A stretch of 64,000 bases of DNA from Dehalococcoidales bacterium. GTDB lineage: Bacteria; Chloroflexota; Dehalococcoidia; Dehalococcoidales; Fen-1064. Where the stretch lies: the NCBI GenBank assembly GCA_016783135.1, contig JADHXC010000003.1, positions 11,605 to 75,604 on the forward strand, written 5' to 3'. The notes beneath the pieces are model-generated. The model was not told the origin of the DNA, ran no database searches, and worked only from the letters and a program-made list of their open reading frames with translations. Of the stretch, positions 1 through 9,193 are shown piece by piece (the stretch's first letter is position 1; the number at the start of each line of letters is the position of its first letter). The position numbers and the translations under genes were made by a program.

Positions 1-41
1 GGTAGCATTACCACCAGTGCCACTATTACTTGCCATTCCAT
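1..41 (-). CDS. Small membrane protein, partial (runs off the window edge); paralog of 120..302
   Basis: The reverse strand reads AAGGAGG-N10-ATG, then MEWQVIVALVVMLP, which resembles MQWEFVVALVLAIP of the neighbouring ORF. Confidence 0.7.
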   Translation of the reverse strand, partial: MEWQVIVALVVML

Positions 42-119
42 TCTAGTATCCCTCCTTCTTCTGATTTCCGAGTTTCGCTATCGGTCAGTCCTTGCCGGGG
101 AGCGGGTTGCCATGGAGCA

Positions 120-302
120 CTACTTGACCGCTTTCTGCTCCGCGACTACCTTATCTCCAGCCTGTTCACGGGCAGTTCGCCGCTTTCGAGCCTCCTTGAG
201 CATCGCAGCCATGCCTCCAATGTTCAGGTACCACACAAAGGCAACAGGAAACAGGACCGCGGGTATTGCCAGCACCAGCGCTACTACAAATTCCCACTGC
301 AT
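120..302 (-). CDS. Small single-pass membrane protein (60 aa)
   Basis: Strong SD AAGGAGGT upstream; hydrophobic N-terminal helix and basic tail; tandem paralog downstream. Confidence 0.75.
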   Translation of the reverse strand: MQWEFVVALVLAIPAVLFPVAFVWYLNIGGMAAMLKEARKRRTAREQAGDKVVAEQKAVK

Positions 303-636
303 GACTTACACCTCCTTTCCTGTGCTTGATTTCTTTAGAAGGAGGTAAGAACCAGAAATGGAACTGAACCGTAGGGATTCGTGTTCGCCTCTCTCCTTAC
401 CTCCGCTATTACTCTAGCAGTCTGCCGGCGTTCTCGACTTCCGTTGGACTATCCATTTTGCTGTCTCTCCCAGTCCTCGGAATCACCTAGGTTAACTACC
501 TTATTATTGCGCAATATACTTAGAGAGTGGCGGCTAAGAATAGGCCGATATGCGCAGGTAACTAGGCAGATATTGAGCTTGTCTCTATAACGGGCCTGGA
601 GTATGATAGGGTTGGTAGCAACAAGGAGGAAAGCCT

Positions 637-1302
637 TTGGCCAAGATACGGGTCCTCATTGCGGATGACCACGCCGTAGTGCGCGAGGGCACTCGAAAAC
701 TCCTGGAACAGGAACAGGACCTGATTGTAGTTGCCGAGGCCGGCGATGGTGAAGAAGCCGTCCGCCTTACCGGGGCTTTCATGCCGGACGTGGCCATAAT
801 CGATATCAATATGCCCAAGCTCGATGGCATTGAAGCCACCATAGAGATAAAGAACCTCTACCCGACAGTTGCGGTGCTGATACTTTCCGCCTATGACGAC
901 GACCAGTTTGTATTCCGTCTGCTGGAAGTAGGCGCTGCCGGTTACCTGCTGAAGAGTATCCGTGGCCAGGAGTTAATTGACGCGGTGCGGGCTGTAAATG
1001 CCGGTGACTCAGTCCTTCACCCTACAATTGCGCGCAAGGTATTGCAGCGTTTTCGCCCCTCATCCGATAAACCCCCTGAGGAGAAACTCGCTGAAAAACT
1101 CACTGAGCGGGAAAAACAAGTACTCATGCTGGCAACTCGGGGCCTCAGTAACCAGGAGATAGCTGATGAGCTATACCTCAGTCTGCGTACCGTTCAGACC
1201 CATCTCGGCAATATCTTTAATAAGCTACAGGTTGGTTCACGAACTGAGGCTGTGGTTCACGCCCTGAAACAGGGTCTCATTAAGCTTGACGATGTCCCCT
1301 GA
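637..1302 (+). CDS. NarL/FixJ-family response regulator (REC + LuxR HTH)
   Basis: IADDH...IIDINMP...GYLLK receiver; LTEREKQVL...SNQEIADELYLSLRTVQTH HTH; SD AAGGAGG before the TTG start. Confidence 0.95.
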   Translation: MAKIRVLIADDHAVVREGTRKLLEQEQDLIVVAEAGDGEEAVRLTGAFMPDVAIIDINMPKLDGIEATIEIKNLYPTVAVLILSAYDDDQFVFRLLEVGAAGYLLKSIRGQELIDAVRAVNAGDSVLHPTIARKVLQRFRPSSDKPPEEKLAEKLTEREKQVLMLATRGLSNQEIADELYLSLRTVQTHLGNIFNKLQVGSRTEAVVHALKQGLIKLDDVP

Positions 1303-1335
1303 GTATGAGACCTCGGGGAGGTGGTGGGTACGAAC

Positions 1336-2787
1336 ATGACGCTTAACTCTTCGGTAACCGGGCTCATTGGCGTCATTCGCCGGCCACAGTCGTGGCTGAT
1401 TCTTGCCCTGCTTATACTGATAACTCTTCCCCACTATAAGGAAACCTTTGAGCAACCGGGAGTCATCACGCATGTACTGACCGACTTCGGTCTGACGCGC
1501 CATGCCTTCGAGAGAATCCTCTACCTTGCGCCCATAGTCTGGGCCGGTTTCCTGTTTGGATGGCGAGGGGCTGCTGTAACGTCGGTCGCTGCTCTTGCCT
1601 GCATGCTGCCACGGGCACTAATTATTTCCCCCAGCCCCCTGGATGCCATACTGGAAACGGGAGCCGTGTTCATTCTTGGCAATGTACTGGCCATTACTGC
1701 CGAATCGCTCCGCCGGGAGCGCCGCCGCCGCTTCCAGTTAGAAGAGACCCGGCACGAACTGGAGGCATCTGAGCAGAGGTACCGTGCGCTGTTCGAGAAC
1801 GCCCACGACGCAATATGGGTCCAGGACATGGAAGGCAAAATAGTTGCTGCAAACCAGGCAACGGCAAGGCTCACCGGGTACGATGTGGAGACGCTGGTCC
1901 ACATGGATGTAAAGGCTTTCCTGTCCGAGGAAGGTCTGGAGCTTGCCAGAGTGATACGGCAAAAGCTCCTCCGAGGAGAGACGCTCGAGGGTCCCTACGA
2001 CCAGCGCATAATCAGAGAGGACGGAACAGAAGTGTTTCTGAGATTGAGTTCCAGTCTGGTTAGCGGTGAGAACGAACCGGCAGTGATTCAACACATTGCC
2101 AGGGATGTCACTGAAGAGAGACGGATGCATGAGAACCTGCGCTTCTACCTGCAGCAGGTTACCAGGGCTCAAGAAGAGGAGCGAAAGCGTATCTCACTGG
2201 AGTTGCATGACGAAACTATCCAGGCCCTGGTGGTACTCTCCCGACGGCTTGACGAACTTGCTTCCGGCAGCGACGGTCTGCCAGAGAGCGGTCGCCAGCG
2301 ATTGGAGAAGCTACGCCAGGACACCAACGATATCATGCAGGGGGTGCGTCGGCTGAGTCAGGACCTGAGGCCGGCGACGCTGGACCGTCTTGGGTTAGTG
2401 GCGGCGGCGGAGTGGCTGGCTACCGACATTTCCGGCTACTCAGGGATAGCCACCAGGGTGAGCGTGATTGGCAGTGAGCGACGTCTTAACGAAGAGGTTG
2501 AGCTGGTGCTTTTCCGGGTTACGCAGGAAGCACTGAGAAACGTATGGCGACATGCTGAAGCAACCGAGGCCGAGATAACCGTCGAGTTCGAAGAGGACAG
2601 GGTCAGGATATCCGTCACCGATAATGGCAAGGGTTTCAACCTGCCACAACGGATGGGTGACCTCGCCAAGGATGGAAGGTTGGGCCTCGCCGGGATGGAG
2701 GAGCGTGCAAGTCTGGTCGGAGGTACACTCACGGTGCAGTCTCAACCAGGTGTGGGAAGCACGGTAAGCGTAGAGTTGCCGGCATAG
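1336..2787 (+). CDS. Membrane PAS sensor histidine kinase (HisKA_3 type)
   Basis: N-terminal TM helices, PAS domain, EERKRISLELHDETIQ H-box, QEALRNVWRHA, DNGKGF, GLAGMEER; alternative start at 1321. Confidence 0.93.
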   Translation: MTLNSSVTGLIGVIRRPQSWLILALLILITLPHYKETFEQPGVITHVLTDFGLTRHAFERILYLAPIVWAGFLFGWRGAAVTSVAALACMLPRALIISPSPLDAILETGAVFILGNVLAITAESLRRERRRRFQLEETRHELEASEQRYRALFENAHDAIWVQDMEGKIVAANQATARLTGYDVETLVHMDVKAFLSEEGLELARVIRQKLLRGETLEGPYDQRIIREDGTEVFLRLSSSLVSGENEPAVIQHIARDVTEERRMHENLRFYLQQVTRAQEEERKRISLELHDETIQALVVLSRRLDELASGSDGLPESGRQRLEKLRQDTNDIMQGVRRLSQDLRPATLDRLGLVAAAEWLATDISGYSGIATRVSVIGSERRLNEEVELVLFRVTQEALRNVWRHAEATEAEITVEFEEDRVRISVTDNGKGFNLPQRMGDLAKDGRLGLAGMEERASLVGGTLTVQSQPGVGSTVSVELPA

Positions 2788-3114
2788 GGCTCCGCCGACG
2801 TGTTGTCGACCCGTTTCCTGGTACTTGAAGAGAAGCTCGCTGACTATCTTCAGACCAGGGATGCCCGGGAGGTCCCACGACTTCCCAAGAAAAGAGTACG
2901 CCGTCTCGTCGACCGGACCCCTTGCCCAGGATCCAACTGCCTGGCTCCAGACCAACATACCGACCCTACGCGGGCCTCACTCATCTCGTCCTTGGGTGCA
3001 AACCCTATGATGTTGCCTCTCTTCCCTTATGCTCGCTACCGACAAATCCTTGACAGTAACACTGGTGATAAAAATATTGACAATACCTCGCAGCAAATGT
3101 AAAATAATTATACG

Positions 3115-4233
3115 ATGCCTGGCTTGAAAATAACGCAAGTGCAATCCCAGCAAATGCGGCAGGAATTAAGACAGGTCCTCCGCATAGAGCAGGCCAACCT
3201 GCTGCAAATGTCTGAGGTAGACTTCCATAAGATTCTCAACGAGATAGAAAAGGCACCTCTTTTTATAAGGCTCTGTCAGAGAGATAAGATAATCCGACAA
3301 CAGAAAACTCCCAGAACCGATATTTCGACCCGCTTTTTTCAACCCAAAGATGAGTTAATAGCCGGTGAAGGTTCTCTCGATGCTGAATCCCTGATACAGA
3401 ACAAGGAACAAATCGTTCGTCTGATAGAAAAGCTGGGAATAGAAAAATTCAAGCGCTACTTCCTGTTTCCTGAATCAGGAATGACCCCGGAAGAGATTGC
3501 TGAGGAATGCAGTCTGAATATCTTGGAAGTCCGGGAGATAAACAGCCTTATCGATGACTTCTCTATACTAAGCGAGTTCTACCACCCTTCCGCATTAAGC
3601 TCAAAGGTAATTCATTATTCAAAGATTGCCTCGATAGAGAGGCAGGGTGATAGCTTCACAATCGGGTACTACAATGCATCTTCTGCCCGAGGACGGTATT
3701 TGATTGATTATGAGAGCTTTGAAGAGTTGAAGACTAAGGGGGCTCTTACTAAGGATGAGGCCAGGGAAGCTAAACAGCTATTCAAGAGGCTGGAATTAAT
3801 CAATAACCGCCAGGACACGGTAAATCAGATACTGCAAGGGATTATTGATAAGCAGGCACTTTACCTGGACTGTGGTGCTGTGAACTCGCTCTTACCCTTC
3901 AGCCAGCGGGAACTGGCTGAAAAAATCAGTATTGCTCCCAGCTCTATTAGTCGCGCTATAAACAGTAGAAGCCTGGAAACACCCTGGGGTGCAGAGATTC
4001 CCCTCAAGGATTTTTTCCCCAGGCCGAAGAAGTTTAAGAAGGAACTTATCAGAAAGCTCCTTGAAACTGAGGAGGGGCTTTCTTCAGATGAGGCAATCAG
4101 GGCCAAGCTCCAGGAGAAATATGGTGTGGTTCTCTCTCGCCGCTCAGTGGCTAATCTGAGGAAAGAATTGAAAGTCCCTGCCGCCCGGGGCAAGCGTAAG
4201 CACCTTCTCCGTGTAAGTAAGGGGGTCAAATGA
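3115..4233 (+). CDS. rpoN: Short, divergent sigma-54 (RpoN)-like factor
   Basis: Gln/Leu-rich region I; HTH ELAEKISIAPSSISRA...TPWG..PLKDFF; RpoN-box variant SRRSVANLRK; lies next to a bEBP gene and a -24/-12 promoter. Confidence 0.75.
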   Translation: MPGLKITQVQSQQMRQELRQVLRIEQANLLQMSEVDFHKILNEIEKAPLFIRLCQRDKIIRQQKTPRTDISTRFFQPKDELIAGEGSLDAESLIQNKEQIVRLIEKLGIEKFKRYFLFPESGMTPEEIAEECSLNILEVREINSLIDDFSILSEFYHPSALSSKVIHYSKIASIERQGDSFTIGYYNASSARGRYLIDYESFEELKTKGALTKDEAREAKQLFKRLELINNRQDTVNQILQGIIDKQALYLDCGAVNSLLPFSQRELAEKISIAPSSISRAINSRSLETPWGAEIPLKDFFPRPKKFKKELIRKLLETEEGLSSDEAIRAKLQEKYGVVLSRRSVANLRKELKVPAARGKRKHLLRVSKGVK

Positions 4234-6179
4234 GTATTGTTCATACCGACCGAGAGAAGTGCCAGGGATGCTATGCCTGCGTACGTAACTGTCCGGCCAA
4301 GGCAATCAAGATAAGAGATGGTCTGGCTGAGGTAATAGTGGAGCGTTGTATTGATTGCGGCAAGTGTATATGTGTCTGTGTTACGAAAGCAAAGCAGGCG
4401 GAGAGCGACGTAGAAAAAGTCTGGCAATTATTGTCCCATCATCCTGACGTGGTAGCTGTGGTTTCATCCTCCTTCCCCGCTGCCTTGCTTGATTGTAAGC
4501 CCGGTCAACTTGTGGCCTCTCTAAGAAAACTGGGATTTACTGATGTGATGGAGGCAGCCTTCGGCGCTGAGCTCATTAGCAGGGAATACGTCCGCATCCT
4601 GAATGAGAGTGAAGGTAGGCCTATCATCTCATCTAACTGCCCGGCGGTGGTAGCCTACATTGCAAAGTATTATCCCTCACTACTCAGCAATTTAGCACCG
4701 ATTGTTTCGCCTACTATTGCCATGGGTAGAATAATCAAGCAACGCTACAATGCGCAGGCCAAAGTGGTCTTCATTGGTCCTTGTATCGCAAAAAAAACGG
4801 AGACCACAGATGAAGATGTTACCGGTGCGGTGGATGCCGTACTGACCTTTGTAGAAATAAAGCAAATGTTTGCTGACAGGGGAATTAACCCGGGCGATGA
4901 TGAGGAACAGGAATTCTCCGGTCCTAAACCTGACCTTGGTCGGCTGTTCGCTATATCAGGGGGTCTGCTTAAGGTAATGGATATTACTGATGACATACTG
5001 CAAAATGATGTCATCAGTGTGCATGGCCAGGATTATGTCCTCAGGATTCTTGGGGAGATTGCTCAAGGTGACATCAATGCCAGATTTGCCAACCTGTATT
5101 TTTGCCATGGGTGTATCGATGGACCGTTTATTGATAATGAGCTAAGTGGCTTCAGCCGGAAGGGACTCATTGCCAGATATACTCGAAGTAATGCAGACCC
5201 GATTCAAACCGAGAACGATATCGAACAATATGCCGATATCGACCTCAACCGTAAATTTACCGGGCAAAATATCTACCTACCTACTCCCAGCGAGGAAGAA
5301 ATTCAGAGTGTCCTGGAGATAATTGGCAAGGTGGACCCTAATTACCGGATGGACTGTGGCTCTTGTGGTTACGCCTCCTGTCAGGAGTTGGCTGTCTCCA
5401 TCAGCCAGGGTCTGGCAGAAGTCAACATGTGCTGGCCTTATCTGCTTAAGAAATTGGAGGCTACCCAGGAAGACCTTATCCAGGCTGAGAAACTTACCTC
5501 TCTGGGTCAGATGGCGGCTTCTATTGCTCACGAGGTCAATAATCCTCTCGCCGGTGTCCTTATCTATACCAAGTTGCTGGCTAAGAATATATCTACTGAG
5601 AATATCGGTAAGGAAAAATCGCTGGACTACCTGAATAAAATGGATACGGAGCTTACGCGCAGTTCCAAGCTAATCCGCAATCTCCTGGATTTTGCGCGCC
5701 AGTCAACGCCAACCCTCAGGCTGGTGGATATTAACCAGGTTATCGAACAAGCCTTTGGCGTCGGTGGTCACCAGGCTGATTTGCAGAATATTAAGGTGAT
5801 AAGAGAACTGAGCCCTGACATACCTAAAGTTATGGCTGATTTTGACCAGCTTCAGCAGGTTTTCACCAACCTTATCATGAACGCTATCCAGGCAATGCCG
5901 GAGGGGGGGAAATTAACCCTCCGTACCTCGATAGGTAATGACGGCCAGCTCAAGATAGAGGTTGAAGATACGGGTAGTGGTATTTCTCAGGAGAACACGC
6001 GTAAGCTCTATACCCCCTTCTTCACGACCAAAGAGAAAGGGAAAGGCGTAGGTCTGGGACTGGCTGTGGCCTATGGAATCATCCAGCGACATCATGGAAG
6101 GATAGAGGTACAAAGTACGCAGGGAAAGGGAACCACCTTTACTATCTACATGGAGGCTAATCATGCAGAAAAAGGCTAA
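4230..6179 (+). CDS. [FeFe]-hydrogenase-like (group C/sensory) Fe-S domain fused to a histidine kinase
   Basis: Two CxxCxxCxxxC motifs; H-cluster-like motifs SSNCP, GPCIAKK, FCHGCIDG; DCGSCGYASC FeS domain; AHEVNNPL H-box; PFFTTK and GVGLGL ATPase boxes. Confidence 0.88.
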   Translation: MSIVHTDREKCQGCYACVRNCPAKAIKIRDGLAEVIVERCIDCGKCICVCVTKAKQAESDVEKVWQLLSHHPDVVAVVSSSFPAALLDCKPGQLVASLRKLGFTDVMEAAFGAELISREYVRILNESEGRPIISSNCPAVVAYIAKYYPSLLSNLAPIVSPTIAMGRIIKQRYNAQAKVVFIGPCIAKKTETTDEDVTGAVDAVLTFVEIKQMFADRGINPGDDEEQEFSGPKPDLGRLFAISGGLLKVMDITDDILQNDVISVHGQDYVLRILGEIAQGDINARFANLYFCHGCIDGPFIDNELSGFSRKGLIARYTRSNADPIQTENDIEQYADIDLNRKFTGQNIYLPTPSEEEIQSVLEIIGKVDPNYRMDCGSCGYASCQELAVSISQGLAEVNMCWPYLLKKLEATQEDLIQAEKLTSLGQMAASIAHEVNNPLAGVLIYTKLLAKNISTENIGKEKSLDYLNKMDTELTRSSKLIRNLLDFARQSTPTLRLVDINQVIEQAFGVGGHQADLQNIKVIRELSPDIPKVMADFDQLQQVFTNLIMNAIQAMPEGGKLTLRTSIGNDGQLKIEVEDTGSGISQENTRKLYTPFFTTKEKGKGVGLGLAVAYGIIQRHHGRIEVQSTQGKGTTFTIYMEANHAEKG

Positions 6180-7524
6180 AATCCTCGTTGTTGATGATGA
6201 AACTATTGTCCGTGAATCGCTTCGTGACTGGCTAGATGATATCGATTATCAGGTATTCACTGCAGAGAGTGGTTCTCAGGCCCTGGAAATCCTGGAAAAA
6301 GAGAGAATGGGGATTATCATTACTGATCTGGTGATGCCGGGGATGGACGGGATAGATCTCATGAAGAGAGCCAAGGAAATTGTCCCTACTGCAGAGGTAA
6401 TCATTATTACCGCTTTCGGGAGTATCCCCACTGCCATCAATGCTGTGAGGGAAGGTGCCTATGACTATATCGAAAAACCCTTCTGCCCGGAGAGATTAGC
6501 GCTGCTGGTTGAGAAACTGGAAGAGCATCAGGGGCTAATCGAGGAGAATATTTCTCTGAACAAGAAGCTGGAGCAGCGCTACGAGTTTGAGAATATCACT
6601 GCTAAGAGCCCCAAGATGCAACAGGTGATAGAGTTAATAAAAGTTGTAGCCCAGAGTAATGCCACTGTATTGATTACGGGTGAAAGCGGTACCGGCAAGG
6701 AGCTGGTAGCCCGTTCCATTCACTCTCAGAGCTATCGTCGGAAAAAGCCCTTTATCGCTGTCAATTGTGCCGCCTTGCCTGAGAGTTTGCTGGAGAGTGA
6801 GCTGTTTGGGCATGAGAAGGGTTCCTTTACCGGAGCTTATGCTCAGAAGAAGGGGAAATTCGAGGTGGCTAATAGAGGGACCCTTTTCCTGGATGAGATT
6901 GGCGATATGAGTACCAACATTCAGGTTCACCTGCTCAGGGTACTGGAGGAGAAGGAGTTCACAAGGGTTGGTGGTAATGAGCTGGTCAAGACCGATGTCA
7001 GGGTTGTTACAGCAACCAATAGAGATATTAAGAAGGCGGTGACCAGTGGGGCATTCCGTGAAGACCTCTATTATCGATTAAACGTAGTCACTATTGAATT
7101 ACCTCCATTGAGGGAAAGAAAAGAGGACATACCTCTCCTGGCCCAGCATTTTCTGGAGCAGTTTACCGTGGAGAACCAGAAGAAAACTATCGGATTTTCC
7201 CCTGAGGCTACCGATTTTCTTTTGAAATACGAGTGGCCTGGCAATGTTCGAGAACTGGAGAATGCTATTGAGAGGGCAGTCATATTAACAAAGAATTCCT
7301 ATATCGAGGTGGGAGACCTGGCTCAGGACAATCCGATTTTAGTTCGGTCCGCACTGTCAGGAAAAAGCCTGGACGAGGTTGAGAAAAACTATATTCTGGA
7401 TGTACTTGCTGGAACTAACGGGAATAATAGCGAAGCTGCCAGAATCCTGGGGATTACCAGAATGACTCTGTATAACAAAATCAAGACATTTGGGTTGACT
7501 GTAAAGAAATTAGGCAACGGCTGA
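6163..7524 (+). CDS. Sigma-54-dependent response regulator (NtrC/AtoC family)
   Basis: REC domain, GESGTGKE Walker A, ESELFGHEKGSFTGA, LFLDEIG, WPGNVRELEN and a Fis-type HTH. Confidence 0.96.
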   Translation: MQKKAKILVVDDETIVRESLRDWLDDIDYQVFTAESGSQALEILEKERMGIIITDLVMPGMDGIDLMKRAKEIVPTAEVIIITAFGSIPTAINAVREGAYDYIEKPFCPERLALLVEKLEEHQGLIEENISLNKKLEQRYEFENITAKSPKMQQVIELIKVVAQSNATVLITGESGTGKELVARSIHSQSYRRKKPFIAVNCAALPESLLESELFGHEKGSFTGAYAQKKGKFEVANRGTLFLDEIGDMSTNIQVHLLRVLEEKEFTRVGGNELVKTDVRVVTATNRDIKKAVTSGAFREDLYYRLNVVTIELPPLRERKEDIPLLAQHFLEQFTVENQKKTIGFSPEATDFLLKYEWPGNVRELENAIERAVILTKNSYIEVGDLAQDNPILVRSALSGKSLDEVEKNYILDVLAGTNGNNSEAARILGITRMTLYNKIKTFGLTVKKLGNG

Positions 7525-7538
7525 TAAAAACTTTTACA
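7500..7538 (+). promoter_or_regulatory. Putative bEBP enhancer (two TG-N13-CA boxes)
   Basis: TGTAAAGAAATTAGGCA (7500-7516) and TGATAAAAACTTTTACA (7522-7538), 65-100 bp upstream of the -24 element. Confidence 0.5.
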
Positions 7539-7566
7539 TATAGATAGTCTGCTTAAAGCAAAAAGT

Positions 7567-7599
7567 AAGGCTGTCCAGGATATCCTGGACAGCCTTTTT
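7567..7599 (+). terminator. Intrinsic terminator
   Basis: Perfect 30-bp palindrome AAGGCTGTCCAGGATATCCTGGACAGCCTT followed by a T run, just after the bEBP gene. Confidence 0.75.
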
Positions 7600-7602
7600 G
7601 TT

Positions 7603-7618
7603 TGGCAAGATAATTGCA
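7603..7618 (+). promoter_or_regulatory. Sigma-54 -24/-12 promoter
   Basis: TGGCAAGATAATTGCA has the GG-N10-GC spacing and lies upstream of the 7694-12135 operon. Confidence 0.8.
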
Positions 7619-7693
7619 CCTTATTAGTGTAGAGGTAGTGAAATGGTCGAGCCAGCAATCTTAAAGAGGCAAAATAATGAAGGAGGTCCGAAC

Positions 7694-8686
7694 ATGAAAC
7701 TCATACTGATTGTCGAGGACGAAGATATTATGAGGGAGTCTCTGAAAGACTGGCTTAAGAATAGTGGCTATCAAGTAGAAACCGCGAAGGAAGGGGGCGA
7801 AGCATTAAGAGTTATCGGGGAACGGGACTTTGGTATCGCCGTCCTTGACCTGAAGCTACCGGGTAAGGACGGGCTTGAGGTGCTACGTGAGGCAAAAGAG
7901 AGAAACCCACAGATTAAGGGAATCATCATTACCGCTTATCCTTCAGTAGAGACAGCCGTAGAGGCAATGAAAATGGGGGCCATTGATTACCTGCCCAAGC
8001 CTTTTGACCTTAATGAACTGGAGGAGCTAATCAGTAAGACTCTGGGACCGATCCAGGTGGAGATAAGACCCAAGGTAGCCGTTGAAGAAGCTGTAGTTGA
8101 ACCGGTTGAGGTAGAGGAGACTATTACCATTGTTCCAGGGGAAATCCCGGTTCACTTCAAGCAGGGTAAGGCTCATTTTGAGGCTGGTAGGTATGCTCAG
8201 GCACTCAGAGAATTTCAGGCTGTTCTGGAAATTACACCGGAGGATATCGAGAACAGGATATGGGTCCAGAAGGCGAGAAAGGCGTTAGCTGAACCGGGGG
8301 GTGAAGTCGCAGGACAGGGAGCTGTAAAAACCAGGAATTGTGTCTGGGTGGGTATGGGGATGGTCAGCTATCGTCTGTGCACCAGTGATTATAATTGCCT
8401 TAGCTGCGAGTTTGAGCAGATGATGAAGGAGAACATAGCCAATGGGGACGTAAAAGTTACTGAAGCATTGGAGAGACTTAAAAGCGTGCCGGGGAATCAG
8501 AGATTCTGCCGCTATGTTCTCAAGGGTCAGGTCTCCTACCGGTTATGCTCCCGTCTCTACACGTGTGATACCTGTGAATTCGGTCAGATGATGGAAGACA
8601 CTCTCGAGCAGCAGCTAACTGAAAGGTTAGAGGCTTTGCGCAACAAGGGGAAATCTTGGTGGTGGCCTTATTGGGAAAAGAAGTAA
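7694..8686 (+). CDS. Response regulator: REC + TPR + two Cys4 repeats
   Basis: SD AAGGAGG; REC domain; one TPR-like helix pair; repeats CxW/Y...VSYRLC...YxCxxCEFxQMM. Confidence 0.85.
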   Translation: MKLILIVEDEDIMRESLKDWLKNSGYQVETAKEGGEALRVIGERDFGIAVLDLKLPGKDGLEVLREAKERNPQIKGIIITAYPSVETAVEAMKMGAIDYLPKPFDLNELEELISKTLGPIQVEIRPKVAVEEAVVEPVEVEETITIVPGEIPVHFKQGKAHFEAGRYAQALREFQAVLEITPEDIENRIWVQKARKALAEPGGEVAGQGAVKTRNCVWVGMGMVSYRLCTSDYNCLSCEFEQMMKENIANGDVKVTEALERLKSVPGNQRFCRYVLKGQVSYRLCSRLYTCDTCEFGQMMEDTLEQQLTERLEALRNKGKSWWWPYWEKK

Positions 8687-8701
8687 GGAGGTATGAAATA
8701 A

Positions 8702-9172
8702 ATGGTTCCGGAAGTTGCTCAAATAGAGGAAATTGTAGATAACATTGTAGATAAATATGAAGGTGATAGGTCCGCCTTAATTCAGGTGCTTCTTGATATC
8801 CAGCGTGAAAACCACTGGCTGTCTAGAGATGCTCTAATGCAGGTCAGCCAGAGGCTCGAGGTTCCCCTGAGTCAGATCTATCATATATCTACTTTCTACA
8901 AAGCCTTCAGCCTGATGCCTAAAGGACGGCACTCAGTATCGGTCTGTCTGGGGACTGCTTGCCAAGTACGTGGTGCGCCTCGCCTTTTGGATAAAGTTAC
9001 AGAAACCGTGAAGATAAAATCAGGTGAGACCTCCGAGGATATGCGGTTTAGTTTAGATACGGTGAATTGTCTTGGCTGCTGTGCTTTAGGGCCGGTGATG
9101 GTGGTTGATGGCGAGTATCACAGTAAGCCTTCTACAAAGGAAATTGAGCAGATTTTTGCTGCGTGCGAATAA
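8702..9172 (+). CDS. NuoE/HydC/HoxE-like [2Fe-2S] subunit
   Basis: VCLGTACQVRGA and NCLGCCALGPVM motifs. Confidence 0.93.
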   Translation: MVPEVAQIEEIVDNIVDKYEGDRSALIQVLLDIQRENHWLSRDALMQVSQRLEVPLSQIYHISTFYKAFSLMPKGRHSVSVCLGTACQVRGAPRLLDKVTETVKIKSGETSEDMRFSLDTVNCLGCCALGPVMVVDGEYHSKPSTKEIEQIFAACE

Positions 9173-9193
9173 GCCATGAGGAAGGAGAGAGTT

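Noticed and set aside
2800-3102. 100-aa ORF before rpoN
   Set aside because: No SD, no recognisable motif, and it overlaps the likely promoter and island boundary.
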